From the NCBI GenBank assembly GCA_020850015.1, contig JADZFF010000181.1:4939-68938 (forward strand): 64,000 nucleotides of DNA, given 5' to 3'. This document shows positions 16,671 through 25,831 of this stretch, piece by piece. The translations under genes were made by a program, and so were the position numbers. The notes beneath the pieces were generated by a model. The model saw only the letters and a list, made by a program, of their open reading frames with translations. It was not told where the DNA came from and searched no databases. Position 1 is the first letter of the stretch, and the number at the start of each line of letters is the position of its first letter. The stretch comes from Bdellovibrionales bacterium. Its GTDB lineage: Bacteria > Bdellovibrionota > UBA1018 > JADZFF01.

Positions 16671-19600
16671 GCGCGCGCGATCCCCACGCTCACCGGATCG
16701 CCGTCGATGTCCGAATCCTCCACGTGGTCACCGGAGGGGGCGGAATCGACGAACCTAAGATCCGTGACCAGGGCCTCGCTCATCAGGTGATCGCGATGCG
16801 CTTCCACCGCGCTCCGGAGCTCGTTACCACACTTCAGCTGAAGATGGATGCGCTGGTCAAGCTTCAGGTCCGCGCCCTTGCGGGCCTGCTGGATCTTGCG
16901 AAGCACCTCGCGGCTCAGTCCCTCTGCCACCTGTTCGGGCGTCACGGTGGGGTCGAGCTCCACGGAGACCACCTGGCTCGTGGCGAAGGAGTCCGTGGCC
17001 GACTTCGGCGCCCGCCGGATTTCAACGTCCTCGAGCACCACGGAATGCGCGCCGAGCGCGAGACTCTGGCCCGCCTCGAGCTTCAGGATCTCGGGAAGCG
17101 AAAGCTTGGCGATCGCTCCGGCCACTTCCTTCATCTTCGGCCCGAGCTTGGGCCCGAGCTTCTTGAAATCGGCCTTGGTGGAGATCTGTACGAATTTGTC
17201 CTCGTCCGTCTCGTAGCGCACCTCGCGAATGTTGAGCTCTTCCATGAAGTAGCTCTCGAGCTGCTTCAGGTCGTCGAGCACCTTCTTCTCGCGATGGATC
17301 ACCCGCATCCAGTTGAGCGGCACCTTGCCGCGCACGCTGATCTTCTCACGGATATTGCGCGCGAGGAGCACCAGCGCGTCCATCCGGGCCACGGCCGCCT
17401 CGAGATCCGGGCGGATCGCCTCGCGCGTCGCCGCCGGATATTCCTCCAGATGCACACTCTCCTTCGCGCCGGCGAGGCCACGCGAGAGATTGAGGTAGGT
17501 ATTCTCGGACAAAAAAGGCGTGAACGGCGCCATGACCTTCGAAAGCGTGAGCAGCACGTGGTGAAGCGTCTCGTAAGCGAGGCGCTTCTCCTCGGGCATG
17601 CCGTCCTGCCAGAAATGACGGCGGTTGAAGCGGATGTACGTGTTGGTAAGCTCCTCGATGAACTGAAGGAGTCCCGGCACCACGTTGTACAGGCGATAGG
17701 CCTCCATCTCGCAGTTGGTGTTCTCGACCAGGCTATTCAGGCGCGAAAGCACCCACTGATCGAGAATGTTCGGGCTATTCGCGAAATCGCCGCGCGGCTG
17801 GAATCCGTCCACGTTCGCGTAGTTCACGAAGAACGAATACGAGTTCCACCAGCGAAGCAGGATCTTGCGGACGACGTCCTTCACACCCTTCTCGCTGAAG
17901 CGCAGCTCCTGAGCTTTCACCACCGGCGAGTCGATCAGGTAGAGCCTCAGCGCATCGGCGCCGTGCTGATTCAACAACTCGTTCGGATCCGGGTAGTTTC
18001 GAAGGCTCTTCGACATCTTCTTTCCGTCCTCGGCCAGAATGAGCCCATTCACCACCACGTTTCGGAAGGGCGCTTTGTCGAAGAGGGCCGTGCCGATCAC
18101 CATGAGCGTGTAGAACCAACCCCGGGTCTGATCGAGCCCCTCGGCGATGAACTCCGCGGGAAAGTTTTTCTGAAACTCTGCCGCGTTCTCGCGCGGATAA
18201 CCCCACTGCGCGTAGGGCATCGAGCCCGATTCGAACCAGCAGTCGAGCACGCCGCCGCTCTGCCTCAGGGGGCTCCCCCCCTTCTTCGACGGGATCTCCA
18301 CGCCCTGGACATGTTCCAGATGCAGGTCAGTGAGCGTCTTTCCCGAAAGCTTCGCGAGCTCATCGACCGAGCCGATCACCACGACTTCGCCCTCAGCGTT
18401 CTTCCAGATCGGGAGCGGCGTGCCCCAGAAGCGGTTGCGCGAAACCGCCCAGTCGCGCGCGTTCTCGAGCCAGTTCCCGAAGCGGCCGTCGCGCAGGTGC
18501 TCCGGCACCCAGGCGGTGCCGGCGTTGGCCTTCACGATGCGGTCCTTGATCTTCTCCACGCGCACGAACCAGGTGGACACCGCACGGTAAATCAGCGGCG
18601 TGTCCGAGCGCGGGCAGAAGGGGTAGCTGTGCGTGATGGTGTCGTGGCGGAGCACGCGCCCTTCGGCCTTGAGCCGCGCGATGATGTCGGCGTCTGCCTC
18701 CTTCACGCGGCGGCCCGCGTAGCCCTTCACCTCGGCGGTGAACATGCCATCGTCGTCCACGGGGTTCACCACCGGCAGGCCCGCCTTCTGACAGGCGTCG
18801 TAATCTTCCTCGCCGAATGCGGGAGCCATGTGCACGATGCCCGTGCCGCTCTCGGTGGTGACGTGGCTCGAGGTGATCACGCGGAAGGCTTTCTTCGCGC
18901 GAAGGCCAGCAAAGTACGGGAAGAGCGGCTCGTATTCCAGGCCCACGAGCTCGCGGCCCTTACGAGTCTCCAGAACCTCCACTTCGTCCGCGGGTTTCTT
19001 CCAGTACGAGCCGAGGAGCGCCTGGGCGAGGATGAACACCTTGCCCGAGGATTTCTCCTTCAAAGTCGCATATTCGATGTCCTCTCCCACGGCGAGGCCA
19101 AGGTTCGAAGGGAGCGTCCAGGGAGTGGTCGTCCAGGCGAGCAGCGACACTCCGGGCCGCCCGAGACCCGGAAAGGTGACCGTGATCGCCGGATCCTGCA
19201 CGTCCTTGTAGTTCTGGCCCGCCTCGAAGTTCGAGAGCGGCGTCGACACGCCCACCGAGTAGGGCACGACCTTGTAACCTTCGTAGACGAGGCCCTTGTC
19301 CCAAAGCTGCCGGAACACCCACCACACGCTCTCCATGAAGGAGGCGTCCATGGTGAAGTAGGGTTTCTCCATGTCCACCCAGCGCCCCACGCGCCTCACG
19401 GTGGCTTTCCACTCCTGGCTGTAACGTTGGACGATCGAGCGGCACTCGGCGTTGTACTTGTCCACGCCCATGGCGAGGATCTGCTTCGCGCTGTCGATCT
19501 TGAGCTTCTTGTTGATCTCGTACTCCACGGGCAAACCGTGGCAGTCCCAGCCGAAGCGGCGGGGGATGTGATAGCCGCGCATCGTCCAGTAGCGCGGCAC

Positions 19601-19819
19601 GATGTCCTTAAGGGTGCCGGCCAGGATGTGCCCGTAGTGAGGCAGGCCCGTGGCGAAGGGAGGGCCGTCGTAGAAGCTGTAGGGCTTAAGCCTCTTCGTG
19701 GCATCGAGGGTTTTCTGGAAAATGGATCCGCGGTCCCAGGCCGAGAGCACGGCCTCCTCTTGCGAGGGGAGGTTCACGTCGGGCTTGACCGGATCGAACG
19801 CGGGAGTGTGCGGCGCCAT
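16667..19819 (-). CDS. ileS: isoleucine--tRNA ligase, type 2 (eukaryote-like)
   Basis: 1050 aa. FYDGPPFATGLPHYGHILAGTLKDIVPRYW..RRFGWDCHGLPVE (HIGH region of type-2 enzymes) and KMSKSLRNYPDP. Confidence 0.95.
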   Translation of the reverse strand: MAPHTPAFDPVKPDVNLPSQEEAVLSAWDRGSIFQKTLDATKRLKPYSFYDGPPFATGLPHYGHILAGTLKDIVPRYWTMRGYHIPRRFGWDCHGLPVEYEINKKLKIDSAKQILAMGVDKYNAECRSIVQRYSQEWKATVRRVGRWVDMEKPYFTMDASFMESVWWVFRQLWDKGLVYEGYKVVPYSVGVSTPLSNFEAGQNYKDVQDPAITVTFPGLGRPGVSLLAWTTTPWTLPSNLGLAVGEDIEYATLKEKSSGKVFILAQALLGSYWKKPADEVEVLETRKGRELVGLEYEPLFPYFAGLRAKKAFRVITSSHVTTESGTGIVHMAPAFGEEDYDACQKAGLPVVNPVDDDGMFTAEVKGYAGRRVKEADADIIARLKAEGRVLRHDTITHSYPFCPRSDTPLIYRAVSTWFVRVEKIKDRIVKANAGTAWVPEHLRDGRFGNWLENARDWAVSRNRFWGTPLPIWKNAEGEVVVIGSVDELAKLSGKTLTDLHLEHVQGVEIPSKKGGSPLRQSGGVLDCWFESGSMPYAQWGYPRENAAEFQKNFPAEFIAEGLDQTRGWFYTLMVIGTALFDKAPFRNVVVNGLILAEDGKKMSKSLRNYPDPNELLNQHGADALRLYLIDSPVVKAQELRFSEKGVKDVVRKILLRWWNSYSFFVNYANVDGFQPRGDFANSPNILDQWVLSRLNSLVENTNCEMEAYRLYNVVPGLLQFIEELTNTYIRFNRRHFWQDGMPEEKRLAYETLHHVLLTLSKVMAPFTPFLSENTYLNLSRGLAGAKESVHLEEYPAATREAIRPDLEAAVARMDALVLLARNIREKISVRGKVPLNWMRVIHREKKVLDDLKQLESYFMEELNIREVRYETDEDKFVQISTKADFKKLGPKLGPKMKEVAGAIAKLSLPEILKLEAGQSLALGAHSVVLEDVEIRRAPKSATDSFATSQVVSVELDPTVTPEQVAEGLSREVLRKIQQARKGADLKLDQRIHLQLKCGNELRSAVEAHRDHLMSEALVTDLRFVDSAPSGDHVEDSDIDGDPVSVGIARA

Positions 19820-19934
19820 GGTGCAGAATTACGCCACGGACGCACCGCACGCAACCCGCGCGCCGGAACTCTAGGGAGGATCAGGCCGAAAGCGGACGCT
19901 GCTGGGCGCTCGCCCCCCCCCGCGATTTCCGGGG

Positions 19935-20177
19935 CTAGGCGGCTTGGCGCCTGCCCAATTTGGCGTGCGCCTCGGGAAGCGTCGTGTTCACGAGGTCGGA
20001 AAAGTCGCTTTCCGTGAGCCCTTCCACCTTCGCGTTCTTTTCCAGGCGCTCCACCCGGCCCTTCAGGGCCGTGAAATCCACAATCTTTCCGCCGTTGGAG
20101 AGGCATTCCCTGTACGCCTCCTGAAGCTCTTCGGCGTACTGTTCCCTCAGTCCTTCAATGAAGTGATCCCGATTCAT
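19935..20177 (-). CDS. hypothetical small protein (80 aa)
   Basis: Start taken at MNRDHFIEG, preceded by AGGTAGGA. The rest of track ORF 19935..20432 has non-coding-like composition. No family recognised. Confidence 0.4.
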   Translation of the reverse strand: MNRDHFIEGLREQYAEELQEAYRECLSNGGKIVDFTALKGRVERLEKNAKVEGLTESDFSDLVNTTLPEAHAKLGRRQAA

Positions 20178-20256
20178 CTGACGTCCTACCTTCGTGTGCG
20201 TGTTATCGGTGTTGAGACCGGATTTATGCAGTGTGCCAAAATGTCCCGAGGGCGTC

Positions 20257-20285
20257 GATGTGTCATCGTAACCTGTTGACACATC
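20257..20285. promoter_or_regulatory. 9-bp inverted repeat overlapping a TTGACA hexamer upstream of the agmatinase-like gene
   Basis: gatgtgtca (20257-20265), 11-nt spacer, tgacacatc (20277-20285). TTGACA at 20276-20281. Confidence 0.3.
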
Positions 20286-20310
20286 AGGGCTTTTAGGGGA
20301 TTTGGTCGGA

Positions 20311-21324
20311 ATGAATAACCCTGCTTTCGACCCCAACTCCGCAGGCTCCTGGGAAGACGGGATTTTTGGACTTCCCTTCACGGCCGAGGAGGCCCGCTGC
20401 GTGATCCTGCCGGTACCGTGGGAAGCCACCACGAGCTACGGAGGCGGCACGGCGCAGGGGCCGATGGCCGTGCTCCACGCCAGCGAACAGGTGGACCTCT
20501 ACGACCTGGAATTGGGCCGTATCTATGAGCCCGGATTGCACCTTCTCCCGATCTCAGACGATGTTTCGCGCTGGAGCCTCGAGGCGAAAACCCTTGCCCT
20601 GAGAGCTCGCGAAGGTGACACCCGCGCCCTCGGGGAAGTCAACCGCCTGAGCGCCCGGCTGAATGCCTGGGTGACGGAAAACGCGCTGAAGTGGATGAAA
20701 GCGGGGAAGGTCTTCGGGCTCCTGGGCGGCGATCACAGCACGCCTTTCGGCGCCTTCGAGGCCGCGGCGGAAGCCTACGGCGAGTACGGGATCCTCCACC
20801 TCGACGCGCACTCCGACACGCGTGCGGCCTACCAGGGCTTCGACTTCTCGCACGCCTCGATCATGCACAACGCGCTCACGCGCATTCCCGCAGTGAGCAA
20901 GCTCACGCAGGTCGGAATCCGCGATTTCTGCGAGGAGGAGTTGAGTTTCGTGAAGTCGCAGGGAAAACGAGTCGACGTCTTCTTCGATCTCGATCTCAAG
21001 GCCTCCCGCTTCGGCGGCGAGACCTGGGAGAAAACCTGCGACCGAATCGTGGCCACGCTCCCCGAAAAGGTCTGGATCAGCTTCGACGTCGACGGGCTCG
21101 ACCCCCAGTGGTGCCCGCACACGGGCACGCCCGTGCCGGGTGGCCTCCACTACAACGAGGCGCTTTTTCTCTTCCGCACGCTCGTGAAGTCGGGCCGCAA
21201 GGTAGTAGGCTTTGACCTCAACGAGGTCGCGCCCGGCGCGGGGGGCGACGAGTGGGACGCCAACGTGGGCGCCCGCCTGCTCTACAAACTCGCGGGCTGG
21301 GCGCTCGCGAGCCAGAAGCGCTGA
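20311..21324 (+). CDS. arginase-family ureohydrolase (agmatinase-like)
   Basis: GGDHSTPFGAFEA, ILHLDAHSDTR, SFDVDGLDP and GGL are the Mn-binding motifs of the arginase/agmatinase family. ATG 20311 is preferred over TTG 20302. Confidence 0.8.
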   Translation: MNNPAFDPNSAGSWEDGIFGLPFTAEEARCVILPVPWEATTSYGGGTAQGPMAVLHASEQVDLYDLELGRIYEPGLHLLPISDDVSRWSLEAKTLALRAREGDTRALGEVNRLSARLNAWVTENALKWMKAGKVFGLLGGDHSTPFGAFEAAAEAYGEYGILHLDAHSDTRAAYQGFDFSHASIMHNALTRIPAVSKLTQVGIRDFCEEELSFVKSQGKRVDVFFDLDLKASRFGGETWEKTCDRIVATLPEKVWISFDVDGLDPQWCPHTGTPVPGGLHYNEALFLFRTLVKSGRKVVGFDLNEVAPGAGGDEWDANVGARLLYKLAGWALASQKR

Positions 21325-21326
21325 TC

Positions 21327-22952
21327 TCAACCCAGGAACGGATAGCGGTAGTCGTGCGGGGAGACGAAGGTCTCCTTGATCGAACGCGGCGACACCCAGC
21401 GGAGCACGTTGAAATGCGCGCCGGCCTTGTCGTTCGTTCCCGAGGCGCGACCGCCGCCGAAGGGCTGCTGCCCGACGACGGCGCCCGTGGGCTTGTCGTT
21501 CAGGTACAGGTTCCCCGCGGCGTGTTTCACCTTCTCGATCATACGCGACATGGCCGCACGGTCCTGCGAGAAGAGCGCACCCGTGAGGGCGAAGGGCGAA
21601 GTGCTCTCACAGACGGCGAGCATCTCTTCCCAGCGGGCATCATCGTAAGCGTGCACGGTCACCATGGGCCCGAAGATCTCCTCGCACATGGTGCGCGCCT
21701 TCGGATCGGAGGACTCCACCACCGTGGGCTCGATGAAGTAGCCCTTGGAATCGTCGCACTTGCCGCCGATGACGATCTTCTCGTTCGCCGACTTCTTCAC
21801 GCCGTCGATGTAGCCCGAGATCTTGTCGAAGGCCCGCTTGTCGATCACTGCGTTGATGAAGTTGCCGAAGTCGCGCGTATCGCCCATCTTCATGGATTTC
21901 AGGTCGGCGCTCAGGCGCTCTTTCACCCTCGGCCACATCGTCTTCGGCACGTAGACCCGTGAGGCGGCTGAGCATTTTTGGCCCTGGTACTCGAAAGCAC
22001 CTCGGGCGATCGCCACGGCCAAACCCTCCCAGTCCGCGCTCGGATGCGCGAAAATGAAGTCCTTGCCACCGGTTTCGCCGACGATCCTGGGATACGAGCG
22101 GTAGCGCGCGACGTTCTCGCCGATCGTCTTCCAGATCCACTGGAAGGTGCCGGTGGAGCCCGTGAAGTGCACGCCTGCGAGGTCGCGCATCGGAAGGATG
22201 GTCTGCCCGAATTCGGGGCCGTCCGCGCCGACGAGGTTGATCACGCCGGCCGGGAGGCCCGCCGCCTCGAAGAGGCGCATCGTGTGGTAGGCCGCGAGCA
22301 TCTGCGTATCCGACGGTTTCCAGACAGCGGTGTTGCCCGCCATAGCGGGACAGGACGGCAGGTTGCCCGCGATGGCTGTGAAATTGAAGGGGGTGATCGC
22401 GGCCACGAAACCTTCGAGCGGCCGGTAGTCCATCCGGTTCCAGAGGCCAGGCGGCGAATAGGGCTGCGTTTCGAGCAGCTCTCGGTAGTAGTGCGCGTTG
22501 AAGCGGAAGAAGTCCGTCATCTCGCAGGCGGCGTCGACCTCCGCCTGATAGCAGTTCTTGCTCTGGCCCAGCATCGTGGCTGCGTTCAAACAGTCCCGCC
22601 AGGGGCCGGCCAGCAGGTCCGCGGCCTTCAGGAACACGCCGAGCCGATCCTGCCAGGGAAGGCTTTCCCAGTCCTTCTGCGCCTTCACGGCGGCTTCGGC
22701 CGCGAGCTTCAGCTCGGCCGGGCCGGCCAGATGGAACTCGGCGAGCACGTGCCCGTGATCATGCGGCATCACCACCTTGCGCGTGCGCCCCGTGCGGACC
22801 TCGCGTCCGCCGATCACGAGGGGAATGTCGAGCTTCTCGCCGGCCATGTGGTCGAGCGTTTTCTTCAGCGACTCGCGCTCGGGCGTGCCCGGAGCGTAGC
22901 TGTTCACGGGCTCGTTCTGCGGGCGCGGGATCTGGAAGGATGCGTCGGACAT
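21327..22952 (-). CDS. pruA: L-glutamate gamma-semialdehyde (1-pyrroline-5-carboxylate) dehydrogenase
   Basis: Aldehyde dehydrogenase with FTGSTGTF, ETGGKD and EYQGQKCSAASR (catalytic Cys). Start at MSDASFQIPRPQNEP (22952). Confidence 0.85.
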   Translation of the reverse strand: MSDASFQIPRPQNEPVNSYAPGTPERESLKKTLDHMAGEKLDIPLVIGGREVRTGRTRKVVMPHDHGHVLAEFHLAGPAELKLAAEAAVKAQKDWESLPWQDRLGVFLKAADLLAGPWRDCLNAATMLGQSKNCYQAEVDAACEMTDFFRFNAHYYRELLETQPYSPPGLWNRMDYRPLEGFVAAITPFNFTAIAGNLPSCPAMAGNTAVWKPSDTQMLAAYHTMRLFEAAGLPAGVINLVGADGPEFGQTILPMRDLAGVHFTGSTGTFQWIWKTIGENVARYRSYPRIVGETGGKDFIFAHPSADWEGLAVAIARGAFEYQGQKCSAASRVYVPKTMWPRVKERLSADLKSMKMGDTRDFGNFINAVIDKRAFDKISGYIDGVKKSANEKIVIGGKCDDSKGYFIEPTVVESSDPKARTMCEEIFGPMVTVHAYDDARWEEMLAVCESTSPFALTGALFSQDRAAMSRMIEKVKHAAGNLYLNDKPTGAVVGQQPFGGGRASGTNDKAGAHFNVLRWVSPRSIKETFVSPHDYRYPFLG

Positions 22953-22974
22953 ATTCACCTCAAATGGGGGCGTT

Positions 22975-23859
22975 TCAGAAATAGTTTTCCAGGGTCTCGA
23001 GCATGCACTTGGCCTTGCGCTGCTCAAGAAGCTGCTCCTGCGCGACGTCGGGAAGCACCTCTGGCCGGCCCTTCAGCACAAGCTCCAGCTCCTGGCGAAA
23101 CCCGGCCTTGTCGCCCTTCCTGCTGAGGTAGCTCTCAGCATAGAGCACGTGACTGCCGAAGTAGTTGTTCGCGAGTTTGAAGGTCTTGGCGAAATTCTCC
23201 TTCGCCCTGTCCATGCTGCCACCCGCGAAATAGGGGGCCTCTGCGTAATAGACACCCCAGTAACGATAAACGGCGCCGTAGAAGAAATTCGGATCGAGCT
23301 GCTCCACCCGCTGGATCATCTTCGTGATGCGGTTCTTGTAGGTGAGTTTGAGCGCGATGCCCGAGTCTTTCGCCCACTTGCCGAGGCTTGTTGCGGTCCA
23401 GTAGATGGCGTCGATCTGAGCCTTCTTGAGGGCGCCAAGGGCGTTCTCCATCGGCTCGCCGCCCTGAACGACGCGCTTGCGGAACTCCGGGTTCGTGGCC
23501 ATAGCCCGCTCACCCCAGGTCACGGCGCGCTCCCAGTACCGCCTTTTCTCCTCGAGATCTTTCTTGTGCCCGTCGGCAACGAGGTAGTTCCCACGGCAGA
23601 GAAGCGCGAGCACCTCGTAATTCGACGGATTAGCGAGCGCCAGCCGTTCGAGATTCTCGAGGGCATTCATCAGGGAAGACTCGTCCGAGCGCTGAGCCCA
23701 GGCTTCCCTCGCTTCGGCCATGAGCTTGCTTTGCTCCTCCGGCGAGAGTTTCAAGGTTTCATCCCCGGCGCTCTCCCACCCCGGCTGCCGGACGGTGGCA
23801 CATCCGGACAAGAAAGCCGAGATGATCAGGGAAACTGCCAGAGCGATCGTGGAGCGCAT
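22975..23859 (-). CDS. TPR-like lipoprotein (TatT-like, tentative)
   Basis: Lipobox AFLSGC after MRSTIALAVSLIIS. The helical-repeat body with FFYGAVYRYWGVYYAEAPYFAGGS resembles TatT-family proteins from memory. Confidence 0.5.
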   Translation of the reverse strand: MRSTIALAVSLIISAFLSGCATVRQPGWESAGDETLKLSPEEQSKLMAEAREAWAQRSDESSLMNALENLERLALANPSNYEVLALLCRGNYLVADGHKKDLEEKRRYWERAVTWGERAMATNPEFRKRVVQGGEPMENALGALKKAQIDAIYWTATSLGKWAKDSGIALKLTYKNRITKMIQRVEQLDPNFFYGAVYRYWGVYYAEAPYFAGGSMDRAKENFAKTFKLANNYFGSHVLYAESYLSRKGDKAGFRQELELVLKGRPEVLPDVAQEQLLEQRKAKCMLETLENYF

Positions 23860-23952
23860 GAAAACTCCCTTTAACGGCCAAGGTTTCAAGGGGATGACGT
23901 GAGTTCCCCTGGCATTACCAACGGCCTTTGGCCGAGTAAAGCGTTTCTCAGC

Positions 23953-24126
23953 TCAGTGCGGCAGAACACCGCTCTTCAGGGCCCACCAAGCGGCAAGCCC
24001 CATGAACCCGAAGATCAGAAGATTGATCAGGCCATAGAGAAGATACGGGTGCTTCCACACCCGCTTCCCCTCGAAGGTCTCGGGGATGTCGGTAATCCCG
24101 GATTGCTTATGCTTTCGGTCTGACAT
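23953..24126 (-). CDS. small membrane protein (57 aa)
   Basis: MSDRKHK... followed by one clear TM segment (LLYGLINLLIFGFMGLAAWWAL). No family recognised. Confidence 0.45.
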   Translation of the reverse strand: MSDRKHKQSGITDIPETFEGKRVWKHPYLLYGLINLLIFGFMGLAAWWALKSGVLPH

Positions 24127-24142
24127 AGTTCCAAACCCTACC

Positions 24143-24517
24143 ATGAACCCGGCACTGATCTTGGGCGGCATCGCAGGATTCCTGGCTGTGGCGCTCGGCG
24201 CCTTCGGGGCGCACGCGCTCAAGGAGCGGCTTGATCCCTATGCCCTTTCCGTCTACCAGACGGCGGTTCAATACCATCTGGCCCACGCGCTCGCGCTCCT
24301 GGCCCTGGGCGCCTGGCAAGGATCGGACGCGGCGAGCCCTCCTCCCGCCTGGATCTCCTGGACCTTCGCCTTCGGCATCCTCGTCTTTTCCGGCAGCCTC
24401 TATCTTCTTTCGATCACTGGCGCGCGGTGGCTCGGCGCCATCACGCCTTTGGGCGGCCTGTGCTTCCTTGCCGCCTGGGCGGGGATTGCCTGGGCCGGCT
24501 GGAGGGTGGGCGCATGA
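24143..24517 (+). CDS. DUF423 (YgdD/TMEM256) family membrane protein
   Basis: MNPALILGGIAGFLAVALGAFGAHALK...YQTAVQYHLAHALALL is the typical DUF423 signature. Confidence 0.75.
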   Translation: MNPALILGGIAGFLAVALGAFGAHALKERLDPYALSVYQTAVQYHLAHALALLALGAWQGSDAASPPPAWISWTFAFGILVFSGSLYLLSITGARWLGAITPLGGLCFLAAWAGIAWAGWRVGA

Positions 24518-25182
24518 GCGCCGGAGAGGTGCTTTCCCCCGATGCCAGGACTCCGCTTCCCGTGGTGGCTGAGGTATCGCGCCTGGTGACGAAGCTCGTG
24601 GACCGCGTGACTGGCGACCGTTCCGACTACCCGCTGCTCGTGGCCCTGGCGGCGACCCACGCATTGAGGCGTTTCGGTGTGGGGTCGCGCGTGATCTTCG
24701 GTGAGTGCGCCTGGATTGAGATCATGCAGGGCGACCACCGCCCGCTCTGGACCGGATGCTGGGGCGGAAACCACGGCTTCTGGGTGAGCACCGAGTTCGG
24801 CGAGGTGGTGGACCTCAACGTGAGCGTATCTTTCCGGAAGCTCAGCCACGGCCAGCCCGATCTCAAGCCCTTTTGTTCTCCGCCCATGCTCTGGAGCCGC
24901 GAGGTTCCGAGATTCTACCGGTACAGGCCGGAAGGCCTGGCCGAAGTGGAACCCTCCGACCTCGAGGACTCCCGCGACCGAAAGTGGTGGGAGGCCATTC
25001 GAGCCGAGCTCGATGGGAAATGCAATCCCACGCGCCTCGCCGGCATGACCGAAGGCGACCTGGAGTTTCCCGCGGAGCCCGTGCTTTGCCCGGACCGCCG
25101 CGTGCTCGACGATGCTTCCGGGACCTTCAAGCAGTTCGAGCGCGCACTCGCCGTTCACGGTGTACCCCAGGCGCCGTTTTGA
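24514..25182 (+). CDS. hypothetical protein
   Basis: 222 aa starting at MSAGEVL (ATGA overlap with the upstream stop). Coding-like GC3. No family recognised with confidence. Confidence 0.55.
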   Translation: MSAGEVLSPDARTPLPVVAEVSRLVTKLVDRVTGDRSDYPLLVALAATHALRRFGVGSRVIFGECAWIEIMQGDHRPLWTGCWGGNHGFWVSTEFGEVVDLNVSVSFRKLSHGQPDLKPFCSPPMLWSREVPRFYRYRPEGLAEVEPSDLEDSRDRKWWEAIRAELDGKCNPTRLAGMTEGDLEFPAEPVLCPDRRVLDDASGTFKQFERALAVHGVPQAPF

Positions 25183-25185
25183 GCC

Positions 25186-25549
25186 ATGGCCAAAGTGTTC
25201 CGCTTCACGCCAAAGCAGCTTGCCTTCGTCATGAACTTCTATCCGCCATTTCTCGGCGCGGGAATCCGCGTGCGACGGTTTCTATGTGCTGCTGCTCCTG
25301 GAGAGGCTCGGCGGCGATTACATCGTGTGGGACAAGAGCGCCTCCATCCGCTTCTTAAAACCGGGCCGGGGGACGGTGCGCGCCCTTTTTGAGATCAGCG
25401 ACGCCAAGTTGGCTGAAATCAAGGCCGAGGCCGACGCCGTCGGCAAGTGCGAGCCCCGCTTCGAGCTCAAGATCACGGACGACAGCGGAGAGCCCGTGGC
25501 CGAGCTCACCAAGGTCCTGCACGTGAGGCGCAAGCGCGCCAGACCCTGA
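25186..25549 (+). pseudogene. DUF4442-type hotdog-fold protein with an out-of-frame internal deletion
   Basis: The N-terminal 29 aa (MAKVF..NFYPPFLGAGIRV) are in one frame. From 25274 a different frame reads DGFYVLLLLERLGGDYIVWDKSASIRFLKPGRGTV... About 35-40 residues normally lying between these conserved blocks are missing. Confidence 0.6.
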
Positions 25550-25630
25550 GCACTCCGGTACCGGAGCAATCCACCGGCCCCGGCCGCGATCCCTGCCCCA
25601 GTCCCGGCCTCCGCACCTCTTCTCACTCAA

Positions 25631-25831
25631 CGTAGTCAAATGTCGCCTTTGAAACGCACATTCGGGTCCTGAATTAGAGCTCAGAGGGTGCAGAGCCCCC
25701 AGGGAAGCGCTCCGGCATAGCGCCCCCGAAGGCTTCGCGCTGCGCGATCGCAGCGGAATTGACTCATGAAATCCAGGGGGCGACGGAAATTGGGACCCGA
25801 ATGTGCGTTTCAAAGGCGACATTTGACTACG
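25631..25831. repeat. perfect 39-bp inverted repeat pair flanking a 123-nt core (MITE-like or long-hairpin element)
   Basis: 25631-25669 (cgtagtcaaatgtcgcctttgaaacgcacattcgggtcc) is the exact reverse complement of 25793-25831. It lies in a 325-nt gap between convergent genes. Confidence 0.8.

Noticed and set aside
16724-20017. 1097-aa ORF on the plus strand, the longest ORF in the track.
   Set aside because: It is exactly antisense to the unmistakable ileS gene. It has Arg/Gly/His-rich, low-complexity-like composition and no recognisable motifs. This is a typical stop-codon-poor antisense frame of a high-GC gene. The same reasoning rejects 58..1209, 1896..3404, 11678..12889, 14666..15847, 21978..23126, 29667..30695, 35359..36264, 46756..47853, 48050..49291, 51292..52617, 60812..62584 and similar ORFs.
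25631-25831. Possible CRISPR repeat (arm contains gtcgcctttgaaac, reminiscent of repeat ends) or a retron msr/msd locus.
   Set aside because: There are only two copies, and they are inverted rather than direct. There is no spacer periodicity. No cas gene and no reverse transcriptase lie anywhere in the window. It is kept only as an inverted-repeat element.
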